64,000 nucleotides of DNA from Octopus sinensis (Eukaryota), in assembly GCF_006345805.1 (NCBI RefSeq), contig NC_042997.1:72416001-72480000 (forward strand). Direction: 5' to 3'. The position numbers were made by a program, and so were the translations under genes. Every line of letters starts with the position of its first letter. Within the stretch, counting starts at the first letter, position 1. This document shows, piece by piece, positions 1 through 12,720 of this stretch. The notes beneath the pieces are model-generated. The model was not told where the DNA came from. It saw only the letters and a list, made by a program, of their open reading frames with translations, and did not search any database.

Positions 1-90
1 TCGGTACACTCTGTAAAGTTGTTGGCATTAGGAAAGACATCCAGCCAAAGAAACCATGCCAAAACAGACAGCAGAGATTGGGGCAGACAT
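1..90 (+). mobile_element. Fragment of RTE 3'UTR/tail (window edge)
   Basis: 'gttggcattaggaaagacatccagccaaagaaaccatgcc' matches the 3'UTR shared by the RTE copies at 13160-13316, 22837-23000 and 29340-29490. Confidence 0.6.
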
Positions 91-459
91 TAAATGATAT
101 ATACATTTGCTGAAACTGACATCAGTATTAAGAATTCTCAATCAGCATTTTTGGGATGATTCAGGTCCCTGTTAGTGTATAAGTTTTCATTTATGTGCAT
201 TAACTACAACATTAGAGCATTTTACCTCATATTCTAGTAATGTAGGTGTTTCTTAACAACCTAGTCACATTTAGTGACAATTATAATTCTCCTTTTTGGT
301 GAAATATTACAACCTGCTGTTTATATTAATTATATGTATATTACACACACACCCATCACTGAACTTACTGCTGATTCTCATCTTTACTGAATGAACCACT
401 GTACATGGCTTGCATTAGTCATAAGCCATTCATCTACACCTGGTTTCCTCCATGACCAG

Positions 460-1140
460 GTCTTTGACAGAGTAAGGAACTATGTCAAAGACCTTTTCCA
501 CATCAGAACTTCTCTCGTAGTTGTCTCAATAAGAATATGGCACCAGCAGTACTTCCTCCTAAGATGAAGCTGAACTACATTTCATTCAGGCCAACTGTGT
601 TCCTAATCAGTTTTGCGATAATATTTCATAACCTGCTCCAGCAATTTGATGCCTCTGTAGTCACCTCTAGTGCATCTTCTTTGGCCTTGTAGCAGTTTAT
701 GCTGAAACTGCAACCCATCACTGGGTATGACACTTTTCTGTATTACCAAATTTACTATTTAAGTGACTATTCTGTACCCTACTCTGCGAAATCTTTTAAG
801 CATTTGGGTGGGCTATCTTTGAGAGCACAACTGCTTTCCTTACCTTTGCAATCCTCACTGCTCTGTCTACTTGGAAGACTGGCCCCCTCATGTCCCTAAT
901 CATCACATCATAGAACATGTGATAGAGGACCATGTCAACTGACAATACTCAGTTTTACTGAAGCCCCTACCTCTGGCTAAAACTTAGCAAAATACTCATT
1001 AAAGAAGAGAGATAGTACACACCTCACTCTGCCTTTTAAACAATGCATGCATCGCACTTGCCTATTACATGTCATACACTCCTACATCTCACCACCATAC
1101 CTATTCTGTGCCTGCACATCTCCCCAACTCACTATATGTC
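460..1140 (-). mobile_element. Decayed RTE-clade reverse transcriptase remnant
   Basis: Manual minus-strand translation gives 'DYRGIKLLEQVMK', 'STAGAIFLLRQLREKF' and 'EKVFDIVP', typical RTE RT N-terminal motifs, interrupted by stops and frameshifts. Confidence 0.65.
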
Positions 1141-2859
1141 ACTTATAATTGAAAGAAAAACAATCAGTTCATGAGGTTTTGTAAACAAACCTAAGAAAAC
1201 ATGGGAAACATTACTTTCTAAATAAAAAACATGCAACCTATATGAAATGCAAACATGGATATTAACAAACCATTTGTACACACTGTTCCAGCCACTTCTA
1301 TGCATGCATAGTCTATTTGTGGTTTGTTGTACAAATTTCAGCTCATTGGTGGAACAAAATTTTCTGAAGAAAATCTAATAGCTATTCACTTTATTCATTG
1401 AATGTACCACCAGTGTATAGTCCTCAGCACTTGTACGCATGCATAATCTACTGGTGATTTCTTGTTTGAAATTTAGTTCACGAAGCAAATGGGCTCCCAG
1501 TCAGGTATACACATGCATGATCTGCTAGTTGCTCTTTCATTAAATTCCAGCCCATTATGCAATTAATTTTCTTTCTTTTTTAATTAATTATTCAGTTTAT
1601 TTATTTTGAAAACTATTCAGATATATAGGTTGTCCTACTGTATAAGTGTGATTATGGATGGACGGTAGAAGGGAAAAGGAAATGTGAAAGAAAAAGATAA
1701 GGGTAGCAAGGGTTCAGGGGCAGCCTTTGATGAAAAGAGAGGTCTGGGAATAGTGAGGGTAGACTAGAGAGGGAAGGATGAGTTGAGCCATAAAAACTCC
1801 ACACCTTACTCCTTGACACACACGCAGATAGCTACCAATACTCTTTTCTACTCAAGGTTGAAGGCCCGAAATTGGTACTGGCAGTGATTATATTGGTTTT
1901 GGTGTTGGTGATACAGTGGTGGTGGTAGTGAAAGTTGACTTATAAATAGACATCCACATATGCAGGTTTCGTGATTATAGTTTTTGAAATTGCTAACATT
2001 ATTTTGATCTCAACTAAAAACCAAGAAGTGACCTTTTGACTCAGAAGAAAGCGTGGAATTTAATTTGTTAAATTTAGCCCAGATTCCGTAAGGACGAAAT
2101 TAAAGACCGTATTCCGAAATTTGTGGTCGTACTTCACAATTTACATATATAAGCACGAAATGCCGAGGTAGTTGGAAAGCGGGGATGCCTGTCTGTATGC
2201 ATAATGCAATATATACTTCTACAACTACATACAGATATATATACACACACACTTCTGTATGTGTGTGTGCATATATTCGGTCGCCAGTCAAAATTCCCAC
2301 GTATATATATATATATATATAATTTAAAAACAGGGTAAAATCTATTAAAGAATTTATCAAGTAGTTAGCATGAAAAATCTCATAAGGGAAAATTCATAAT
2401 TATTTCCTTTTAAATTAAATATATATATATATATATATATATAATCTTCTGTGTGTGTGTGTTTTGTGTATATGTATAAACACATATTCTAAGTTTAACA
2501 TGCGTCATTGTAATGGACATGATCATCATTCTTTTCTATATCCAATTTTCAATTTTTAGTGTAATCTGAGTGCATATGTTCGTTTTTAAGTACGCATTTA
2601 ACTGTGTAATACGATTTCATTATTTTTCTGAAAACTTCTTTAGTTTGATGAAAAATAATGAAATCATACCCACACACTTTACATAAACTGCTTCTGGGTA
2701 TGTAACAAAGCGACAATGTAAGAGACATTAAACAAAATACCCTAACATTTACAAAAAAAAATAGACCTTGACGAAATAAATACTTTTCGACGAAATATCG
2801 TTGAATATATTCTATGATTGAATTAAAACCACACGAAGATGAAACCTACTTGGAATATT

Positions 2860-3215
2860 CCTTGTTGCGGCATTTTGGTGAGCGGAATGGCAGCGGAGGC
2901 AACACTGGAATTATGGGAATGCGCATGCTTACAATCTTGTTTATCTTCCTCTTTCATTTCTTCCGGAAGTTATTGTTATTGTCGCTTTTAATCACTGAGC
3001 GATAAGTCATGTTTTCATGACTTATCGCACAAACATTGATTAAAAGCGAAACAACCGTGACCATTTCGCCTAGTCTTCAGACATAATGTATCGAGGATTA
3101 ACTGAAATTACAAATTTTTATTCATATTTGATTTATACGCAATATGGCTGCTACTTCTAGCAGCTCAATTGCGCACGAAAAGGGCTCCCTTGTTGTTCCG
3201 GAAAGTTATTGTTTT
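2860..3215. promoter_or_regulatory. Candidate CpG-enriched (possibly bidirectional) Pol II promoter
   Basis: Local CpG enrichment in an AT-rich background. NRF1-like GCGCATGC (~2921), ETS-like CCGGAAGT (~2963), TGCGCA (~3168), TTCCGGAA (~3195). Minus-strand aaaATGCCG...CAA|GTAGGT could be a short first coding exon (MPQQGIFQ). Confidence 0.4.
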
Positions 3216-3329
3216 GTTTATCTTGTCACTATTAATCAATTTTATCACAACTTGTTAATATTGTCCATGCTTATTTACTTCAATAACATTGGTAAAGTAC
3301 ACTTTTTTTATTTACTTTCGGATAATCAT

Positions 3330-3440
3330 AAGAGAATTAAAAGGTGGAGTTTCGGATAAGGATGCCCACATAAGTTGAATTTTCTCCATTTCAACGGGGA
3401 TATTTTTCACCACGGCCTTCGAAATGATGGGGAGAGGGTA
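3330..3440 (-). repeat. Copy of unclassified DNA-element repeat family 'X' (also 10210-10620 and 34283-34873)
   Basis: Its reverse complement 'catcatttcgaaggccgtggtgaaaaat...gagaaaattcaacttatgtgggcatccttatccgaaactcc' matches 10316-10410. Confidence 0.6.
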
Positions 3441-3949
3441 GAAACTTTTGCAACACAAATTCGTAAACATGTTTTGAAAGTTTATGAATTTTTTTCACCC
3501 ACATCCGGACTGATTTCGGCTAATTTTTTTTTTCACTGCGCACTTAAAAACGACAGGAGAAGCTTTTTCATTAAAGCTGTTGTTTCTTGTACATCCTACG
3601 ACTACCTGGTACTTTCCTCGTGTCTCCCTCTCCTCCCGGCTCCAACCCAGTCTGTGTACATGTGTAAAAAAAAAAAAACATTTCTTAACTGTAAAGTATG
3701 TTATCAAAAACAAAAAATTGAAAATATATTATTTGTTCACACACCCCACCTCCGTTTCTATTTATAATTTTAAAATGTCATTGCTGATGTTTACAGTGAT
3801 TTTTAAAACGTATGTAAAAGATGATATACTTTAATAGCATACTTTTCTATTAGCTAATATGTTTTTTCTTACACAAACACACAGGGATTCGCTTGGTTAA
3901 AAATCTAAATTACCAAATACTTGCATTTTATTTTTATCCAAAACTGCTT

Positions 3950-3974
3950 GGATCTTTTCTTCTGTTTGGCTGCC
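3950..3974 (+). repeat. Merlin-type terminal inverted repeat (left end)
   Basis: GGATCTTTTCT(TCT)GTTTGGCTGCC is the reverse complement of the termini at 10180-10201 and 54513-54534, apart from a 3-nt insertion. Confidence 0.6.
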
Positions 3975-4447
3975 AGCATTTCAAAAAGTTTATCGAAAAT
4001 TTCAAAATTTGGCACATTAATGTAGTTTTCCAAGCTGAATTGCTTGTGGTATTTCACTTTTTTTTTTCAGAAAAATGTTTTTAAAAAGTTATAGAGGTTT
4101 TAAAATTTGATCATTTTCGCCAGTCAGGAAACAGGATTTGAAAACTTTCATTTTGTGCATGACTGCACATTTTGTCGTCAACATCCTGAAAGTAGCATGT
4201 GTTGTCAATATTTGTATTCTACACGCGGAAAACGAGTAAACAACACATTTTTTGCAGTTAAAATCGGCTATAATAATGTAGCTTTCCAGTCTCATTGCTT
4301 TGAAGGTATGATGTTGAGGAGGGAAAAAAATGGAGAAAAAGGTGATAGTGTAGCAATATCGTTCCCTCATTGCTATCTTCACTGTTTGAGAAGAGTATTA
4401 AGAATAATCTCGTTCGAGATTACAAACATCTTCGGCTAGTTTAACAT

Positions 4448-4640
4448 TGTTGTAAACACTAATCCGATTGGCTGACGCGTGGTCTCTACTACGTTCGCAC
4501 CGCTGGGTGTCACGTGACGCGAATTGCCTCCGCTTATTTTTGCGCCATTGTTCCAAGCAGCCAATCACAGCTTTCCATTTCTGAAGTTCGTTTTGAGCCC
4601 AATAAACCTTATAAAAGAAGGGTTCTCAGACAAATATTCA
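4448..4640 (+). promoter_or_regulatory. TATA/CCAAT/E-box promoter-like module (host promoter or solo-LTR)
   Basis: ATTGG 4467-4471, TGACGCGTGG 4473-4482, palindromic GTCACGTGAC 4509-4518, CCAAT 4561-4565 and 4599-4603, TATAAAA 4610-4616. Confidence 0.55.
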
Positions 4641-6245
4641 TCTTAGGTTTTTAGTTCTTTTCAGAACTAACCTCTGACTACAGAGCTCGTCTTAGGTTAC
4701 AGTCCTTTTCAGGGCGGACCTCTGACCACACAGAGCATACTCGACCATGTTCCAGTTCGAAAGGCAGGCGACAACCATTAATACAAGATGTTACAGGATA
4801 TCTATAACTAGAGAAAAATAACCAAGCAGAATATATAATGAAGACGCAGCAAAAACCAAGCGACAGATACAACTCATCGCCAAACATCGTCTCTATCTAC
4901 GAAGGTTTAATTTGTACACAAGACAACCACAGATTCAACTCTAGCGGTTAGGTGAAAATCTCACCACAGGAAAAACGGCTACAGTTAATATATCTGGAAG
5001 TATATTCATATCGAGAGAAAGATAAACACAACAAGTGATTCAATTAATTTCAACTACGAGACGCAACATCTTGATATGGAACTCTTACCCTCCATGTACC
5101 TCATAAACGGTAAATCAATTATCTGTCTTGAGTTCTAGTTCTTCTAAGAACTACCTCAAGCCATCTGCTACTACCTGTTGCTAGGCCGATACCAACAACA
5201 TGAACTGTGAACCAAATTCCATTGTTATTTCTCTGGCCAGTACCTCTTATGCCTCACAAACACACAGACACAAAAACATGCTAACACTTACAAACTTCCA
5301 ACCAACAGGATTGTAAAATATGTAAAATAAATAATGTATATATCTCACAAAGAAATCTCGTTGTCATTCCACTTGTGTTTTGCCGCTGTATGTATTATCT
5401 GGTCTGTAAAATAATCATTAAGAATGGGATCGCGTGCGATTGTATTCCCTATACGATACGACCGCATGTGATCCTATTTTTATAACAGGTTTAAAAATTG
5501 AAAAAACTGGGTATTTTTATCCAAAGTTGAGTAACATTTTCATGCTTGGATTTGTAAACTACAATAAGAATAACACTGGTCAACAAAGAATTTGTCCCAA
5601 AGAAACGAATACCTGTGTCATATGTTTTTGCATGCAGAATCTTTAAAAAATGTCAAATTATCTGTATCACCCACAGTTTCTCTGTTCCATGATATCCCTC
5701 TCAGTTCCTGTTATGTGGACTAAATTTTAGTTAAGCTGTTGAAATGTGAAGCTAACGGTTTAAGAAATACTCCTAATTAAAATGTTTATGAATGGAATTA
5801 ACCTAGTGAAATCATAAATCCAGCTGTTTGAGTCAATGAGTCCCAAAATATATGAAATGAAAAATATGTAAAAATATTAACACACAGAAAAATATGTAAT
5901 ATACTAACACACAGAAAAATTAAAACAAAACACACAGGTGAAAAGAATCTCGTGTTGTGAAAAATCAACATAGACAACAGAGGCACAGACAAGTGAACCA
6001 CAACACAGCATGCAGTTGTCATGGTAACAAGCTGCTAATGCCACGTTGTCTGTTGATTGACTAAAATTACTCAAATTTCCTAACTTTCATTTACGAGATA
6101 AAGTAATTGGTTGATTGTAATCAAAATTCAAAGTTGCATCAATACACCAAAATTGAAAGCAATCTGAGCAAAATTAAGGGGAGTTCATTTTGCGAATGAG
6201 AAAGACTAGATCCAAAACTTAAGATTTATCCAAAAACCTTATTTA

Positions 6246-8406
6246 GTTGTTATTTTTAGCACACCTCACAACCACCTCAATGACAAAAAAGAGTAAACAT
6301 GTTTTTTATAGTTTTAAGCATGTGAAGATAGCAGTGTGAGGCACAACTCTAAGGCTGTGGGTGATTTTGATCGATCACATTGTAGACAGGATTGATGTGG
6401 TAATGGGATGGATGCAATTGACCGCCTTAGAGGTGTCAATGTTGGAGGAGACATGGTTTCATTTGGTGCCATGAGTCAGAGATGTGAGAGGGAGCAGAGC
6501 TCTGTGAGGGGATGCACTGCCTACACCATTGAAGACAAGGATTTTCAGGTGGTGGACAATAGAGTGACGCTGGAAAGAGGAGCCCTGATGCTGAAGAACA
6601 GGATGAGCTGCTACCAGCATACCCTGAAAGGACATGCCAGGAGCGAATTTGAAGAAGTAGTAGAGAGGTGGATTAAGGAAGGTGTCCTTATCCCATGGAA
6701 GGAAGAGGTGGTGAGCAGAGTGCCATTTCTAATGGCAATGGTGCAGTCAGCAAAGTCAGACCAGTACTGGACTTTCAGGAGATGAATGGCCATGTATTGT
6801 GCCACACAGGTGATGAAGCAAATGACATCTGTGGCGAGACGCTGCACATATGGAGACAGTCAACTAAGACAGCAACTATTGTCGACATGAAGTCAGCATA
6901 TTTGCAGCTTAATGTGGGCAACGAACTGTGACAGTATCAGCTGGTCCAATACAGGGGCTGGACATGGCTGGGTTTTGGGCTGAATTCTGAGCTAAAGATC
7001 ATGGTGACATTTCTCAAATCCATCCTGGGAAAGGTGGATAGGATAAGAAGGGCTACGAATTCCTATATAGATGACATCTTAGTGGATGAGTCTTGTGCCT
7101 GCCACAGAGGTTGTGAGACATTCGAAGAAATTTGGGCTGATTATGAAGCCACTAGAGCCAATGGCTGGAGGAGCTGCACTGGGCTTAAGCTTCAAAGAGA
7201 GAGAACAGGCATGTTGGTGTTTTGAAGGGGGAATGAGATCCCGGAGCTGGATACCAATGTCAGCAGGAGAGAAGTGTTCTTGTTCGGGATATTAGTAGAC
7301 ATTCTTACCAGAGTGGAAAAGGCCTGGTTAAGAGAACCAGAAAAATCAAAGCAAGGGATAGCTACAGTGTGTCAGTTAAATGACTCTGAACTAAGGAGAC
7401 TGCATGCCATGTATCATATGGGCATGGATAGGACCCTGTATCTCGCCAGGAGGATTGACAATGACATTACTAGACAGAGCATCCAAAAGGTGGTCAGGAA
7501 CTGCGATAGGTGTCAATCCATCGACCCTGCTCCAGGTGTGCATGAGCAGGGAAAAATTTCAGGAGAGCACTACTGGCAGGGGACATATCTCCTGATTGGT
7601 CAACTGGGCCGGATGGCCATTTGGTGGGAATTGAGGGCTGGCACTGTAGACGAGATGGCATGTATTCTAAATGAGGTATTCTTGGAGCAGGACCCTGTGG
7701 ACGGATTGTTGATGGACAACAGCACAGTGTTTCATTTGGATTCACTGAAGGAGATGCTTGACAGGTGGAAAGTGCACTGCTTTTTCAGAGCAACATACAG
7801 GCCGAGTGGAAATGGGATCATGGAAAGACATCATCGAATGATCAATGCCATAACAAAGAGGGGACACATTTCGCCACTGGAAGCAGTATTCTGGTACATG
7901 TCACCCCAATCAGGTCGGGCCGAAGAGTCCATACCACATAGAGCCATATTCAAATATGAATGGCAGCATCCAAGTAAACCATCAGGATGCCCTGTGGAAG
8001 AGATAGGACCTGTCTTCATGGAGGAGGGAGACGAAGTCTGGATCAAGCTGCCAAAGGTACGCTGCACAACTCAATGGAATAGTGACGGCTGTCAATTCCA
8101 AAAACAACATTTCTGTGGATGGAATGCCACAACACATCTTAAATGTTTGTAGGATTGTCGCTTTGTCAGATGATGATTGTGGAGAAGAAGAAGAGACTGC
8201 GGTTCCCAGCTTAAGAAGATCACAACATGCAAGGCACCCACCCAGCTGGGTGGTAGATTACTAGACAGGCATCAGCGAGAGGAAGGTAGGTGAGCCCCTT
8301 TCATTTCCCACACACGACACGTCACATAGCTGTTATTTTTAGCACACCTCACAACTACCTCAATGACAAAAAAAGTAAACAACATGTCTTTTGTTGTTTT
8401 AAGCAT
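6246..8406 (+). mobile_element. Degenerate Gypsy/Ty3 LTR retrotransposon pol (RT + integrase) with ~80-bp flanking direct repeats
   Basis: ORF pieces carry RT motifs (KVRPVLDF, IVDMKSAYLQ, SYIDDILV), an integrase HHCC finger (HAMYHMG...CDRCQS) and a D,D(35)E-type core (MDNSTVF...RPSGNGIMERHHR). RNase H is not seen. Purine tract at ~8277-8290. Direct repeats at 6246-6320 and 8327-8406. Confidence 0.85.
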
Positions 8407-8414
8407 TCAGTATG

Positions 8415-8993
8415 GGATCTTTTCCTTTTGAACGGCAGACAATTTCTAGTCAACTAAACACTTTAAAACTTCGTATACTGGTAGAATGTGTCAAAATAAA
8501 ACATTTTTTTTTCTTGGCTTTCTTGAGAAAATTGTAATTTGTTTGTTTAACGTAGTTTAAATTTTTGAATTTTAACCAATCCTATGCTCTCTTTTGAGCT
8601 AAAATCATTTGCTGCGTCTAAAACTGAGACATCCTCCCCCTAACCCCAAATTTTTTTTTTATTAATTGTTAAATTAATTTAATTGTTACGCATGTAAAAA
8701 AAACTAAAGCAATGGAAAATAATTTAAACAATTAACATACCAAATAATTCTATAGTATTATACACACGCTTTCCGTATACGTACGTTGTTTACCTAAATG
8801 GAGGTAATCAATTGGTTAAAATTGCCGAAATGCTCGGATTCTCAGACGAAATATCTTACAAACCATAGAATTTTCTCAATAAAACCAAGAGAAAATGATG
8901 TTTTATAAACACATTCTACCAGTATACGAAGTTTAAAAGTGTTTAGTTAACTAGAAATTGTGTTGACATCTGCCGTTCAAAAGGAAAAGATCC
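8415..8993. mobile_element. Merlin-superfamily MITE (579 bp)
   Basis: Perfect 25-bp TIRs (GGATCTTTTCCTTTTGAACGGCAGA) that extend imperfectly for about 130 bp. Exact 8-bp TSD TCAGTATG at 8407-8414 and 8994-9001. Confidence 0.9.
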
Positions 8994-9137
8994 TCAGTAT
9001 GTATTGAATGTGATGAACAACACATTACATGTGATAAGAAGCAACACATTACAAATTAGATATGCTTAAAAAACAAACATTTAAGCATTAGCTTGAACTT
9101 AAAAGATTTATCTAAAAACAAAATAACAAATTATAAA

Positions 9138-10201
9138 CTAAATATTTTGAAAATTGGAAACGAAAGTTAGAATAATAAATTTCTCAAACAAATCACAATT
9201 TTCATATCTCCTGCACCACATATATTCACAGACATATGAATCTACCATTAAATAGTGAGTGCCACAGTGTAATTTATTATCATGCTTTACAGAGGCCCAT
9301 GTACTCTCCACTTGTTGAGTGTGGGTACCATCTTTCAAGTTAAAAACCCAACACTGTGTTTCACCATTCTGTTCTCAAAATTGTAACCATCAATTTCAGG
9401 AATGTGAGAGTATGTCCTCTACAAATTGTTGAAAATTGTGGTTCCTGGAAGAATCAAGTCATGTATGCATTCTTCCAGTGTGTCATGATTCCAACATGGC
9501 ACCGCATACAGAAAAAGCTGTCTGGTCTCATACACTCCACCAAAAACCCCCTGCTCAGGTAGGATCCTTCCTCAGTTGTACTTACATCTTGATCTCAACA
9601 ATCTTCCCAGGATCACCAACTTGAATTGGAGGACAGAGCAAGTCCTCTGCCCATATTTCCTTAACATAGCTGTTATAATCAACAGTTGTACAATGGCTCA
9701 TCCCAAGTTCGACACAAAACCAGACTGAAGTCAATTCCTTAACCCATGAGAAAAGAAAAAGCACTACAGTCCTAAGAGGAAGGGTCCCACCTTCAAACCA
9801 TGTGTCTTTCCTCACTGACACGGACTCTATTCATTCTTGGTGTGAGCATCGCCAGTACACATTCCCACCACATCATTTTGTACTCAACATGCTTCTTCCA
9901 AGTACATAATTTTCTTTTGGGTATAATAGAACACAGCGTCAACAAGTGGTTTCACTTTCAATATATTTGTCAATACTTGCTTTCTCTCAGACAAAATAAT
10001 TACTATGGAAACGTGGCTTACGATTGGCTAAAATTACCCAAAATTTTCAAACTTTAATAACTAATAACTTTATTGATTTATAGCAAAAATGATTTTCATG
10101 ACATTCATTAGCCTATAAAACTGTATCATAACAATGAATACGAAGTTAATTTGAACAGAAATTGATGTTGATTGATGGTGGCAGCCAAACAGAAAAGATC
10201 C
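9138..10201 (-). mobile_element. Decayed Merlin (IS1595/IS1016-like DDE) transposase with its 5' TIR
   Basis: Minus-strand peptides 'VYWRC...SVRKDTWFEGG', 'IQVGDPGKIVEI', 'SRCKYN*GR...FFGGV', 'LILPGTTI', 'GTHTQQVESTW...VDSYVCEYMWCRRY' follow the ISXO2-like transposase order. TIR GGATCTTTTCTGTTTGGCTGCC at 10180-10201. Confidence 0.85.
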
Positions 10202-10209
10202 AATGGCTT

Positions 10210-10620
10210 CGCCAATGGTTTTGAAATTTATAGTACCAAAAAGTGGCACTATTCATGGAGGAGGGTGGTGAAAAAAGTCATAAATCATTAAAAAAAATTT
10301 TCATAAAATGCACAACATCATTTCAAAAGCCATGATGAAAAAAATTGGTAAAGTCCTTGTCAAAATAGAGAAAATTCAACTTATGTGGGCGTCCTGATCC
10401 ACAACTCCCATTGTTTTGAAGGGCATATTGCCAAAAAAGTGGCACTATGCATAGGGGTGGGTGGTGAAAATAAAAAAGCATGTTTTCACCAAAAGCCTCT
10501 CCCCCATCCGCCATCATTTCAAAGGCCATAATGAAAAAAGAATTGGTAAAATCCCTGTCAAAACAGAGAAAATTCACCATATGTGCACTCCCTGATCTGA
10601 AACTCCATCAACAGAAAATC
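10210..10620 (+). repeat. Tandem ~195-bp units of repeat family X
   Basis: 'catcatttcaaa' recurs at 10316 and 10512, and 'aaaaagtggcactat' recurs about 195 bp apart. Confidence 0.7.
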
Positions 10621-10685
10621 ATGTCTTCAAATGGACATATTGTATATGACAACAAGTAATTCATATATATATATATATATATATA

Positions 10686-11188
10686 CCGTAAATCCTCGAG
10701 TATAGTCTGCCCTTGAGTATAATACGCAGGGGATTTTTAGGGGGCTGTACCTCTGAAAAACATAAACCTTGTGTATAATATGCACCCTTTCTCTAACTTG
10801 AGTCAAGGAGGTCTATATAACATCCTTGGTTTGTAAAAATGTATACGGTATCATACTTTATTATTATTGTATATATAACATAATGCAAACATGTAGCTCT
10901 TTTGTGCATTTTGTTTGCAGAAAATAAAGAAATAACAGTAATAACGTTTAATTAATGTTGCTTACTGCAAGCTATGGATGATTCTTTTATGACTTCATTA
11001 CTTTCAGGCTTAGCTTAAGGTATTTTCGCGCCCAACATCACAAAATGTGTCTGAATAAACATTGCCGGACAGCAAATAGAGACTTGAACATTGCTTAGAA
11101 AATAATTTTCATTTTTAACCTCGCACTCAGGATTTTGACCTTTAAATTTGGGGAAAAAAATGCGAATTATCCTCTAGGATTTACATTG
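10686..11188. mobile_element. Tc1/mariner-pogo type MITE
   Basis: Left end TA|CCGTAAATCCTCGAGTATA; degenerate right end TATCCTCTAGGATTTACATTG|TA; TA flanks. Confidence 0.7.
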
Positions 11189-11289
11189 TAAATAATTTGC
11201 TGTTAAATCGTATTGGTGGATAAAGGAGGAGGAAGTTGAGATGATTATTTGGGTTTACAATACTGTTGGTGATTATTAAACATTTATGA

Positions 11290-11490
11290 GATGGCAAGCT
11301 GGTAGAATTGTTTGCACAATGGACAAGATACTTTCATCTGTCTTTTTTGCTCAAAGTTTAAATTCTGCTGTGGTTAACTTTCACCTCTCTTTGGATCAAT
11401 GAAATAAGTACCAGTCAAGCACCAGGGTCAATATATTGACCCAGTTCATTCCCCCAAAAATTTCATGCCTTATGCCTGTAGTAGAAAGGA
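11290..11490 (+). mobile_element. Old tRNA-derived SINE (same family as the 37095-37838 array)
   Basis: Diverged 'ggcaagctggtagaattgtt...aaattctgctgtggttaactttc...aagtaccagtcaagcaccagggtc...gtagtagaaaggatt'. Confidence 0.65.
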
Positions 11491-11779
11491 TTTTATTAAA
11501 CATTTATTTATATAGTGCAAATGATGCTCTTCAGTCAAAATTTTGTCATCATATGCATGAACATAGAAACAAATTTTAGTCATAGCCATCTAAAAATCAT
11601 GGCCATGCTGTAGTACTGCCTTGAAGAATCAATCTCAGTACTTATTCTTTTTTTAAGCCTGTTACATGTTCTATCAGTCTCTTTTTCTGAACCATTGAGT
11701 TTCAGGGACATAAACACACCAACAACAGTTTTCAAGTGGTTATGGGGTACAAACACAGTCACAAAGATGCACACAGACA

Positions 11780-12157
11780 GGCAGGCAGTGGCTGTGTGGT
11801 AAGTAGCTTGCTAACCAACCACATGGTTCCGGGTTCAGTCCCACTGCGTGGCATCTTGGGCAAGTGTCTTCTGCTATAGCCCCGGGCCGACCAATGCCTT
11901 GTGAGTGGATTTGGTAGATGGAAACTGAAAGAAGCCTGTCGTATATATGTATATATATATATGTGTTTGTGCCCCTAGCATTGCTTGACAACCGATGCTG
12001 GTGTGTTTATGTCCCCGTCACTTAGCAGTTCGGCAAAAGAGACCGATAGAATAAGTACTGGGCTTACAAAGAATAAGTCCCGGGGTCGATTTGCTTGACT
12101 AAAGGCGGTGCTCCAGCATGGCTGCAGTCAAATGACTGAAACAAGTAAAAGAGTAAA
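11780..12157 (+). mobile_element. tRNA-derived SINE, full length
   Basis: A-box TGGCTGTGTGG (11789), B-box GGTTCAGTCC (11832), body 'ttgggcaagtgtcttctgctatagcc', tail 'atgactgaaacaagtaaaagagtaa'. Homologous copies at 14764-15170 (+), 27404-27597 (-), 33997-34278 (-) and 11580-11745 (-). Confidence 0.85.
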
Positions 12158-12720
12158 GAGAGAGAGGCAGGCAGACAGACAGATAGATAGATAGATATGA
12201 CAGACTTTGTCAGTCTAAAGCTATAGTAGAAGACACTTGACCATAGCTCCAATCAGTGGGACTGAACCTAGAATCATGTGGCTGGGAAGCAAACTTCTTA
12301 CCACACTTTCATCATATCACTATGACTAAGTCTAAACTTTTGACACCTTATGAAATTCAAAAGAGAATATAAGACATTGCATCTGTTTCAGATGGCTCTT
12401 CTACTATGTAATTGCTTCAGTTTCCACACACTGCCTCAGTTTGTTAAGCATGTACAACTTCAAAATAAATTATATTATGTTTTCTTCTTAGTGATAATGC
12501 TCTTTTAGTGCAAATTTCGGGAATAATGATGAGGTGCCACTCATTGAAGGTGACCTACATAATTCTGATCATCCTTACACATACTTTGTATAGGAGTCTG
12601 AATTTTGTATATAACTGGGAGAACTTTTGAATCATCTATTTGACAATAGTTTGAACAAATCATACCTGCATGTATCTATGCTTGTAATAGGTGTAGCAAC
12701 ATGAATAACTTTTATATATA

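Noticed and set aside
3144-4439. ORFs 3144-3359, 3375-3767 and 4107-4439 as genes
   Set aside because: No recognisable domains; they overlap repeat family X and AT-rich sequence.
5427-5474. 48-nt hairpin with GGATC...GATCC ends as pre-miRNA or mini-Merlin
   Set aside because: It is short, has no TSD, and its mismatches are explained by CpG decay of a DNA palindrome.
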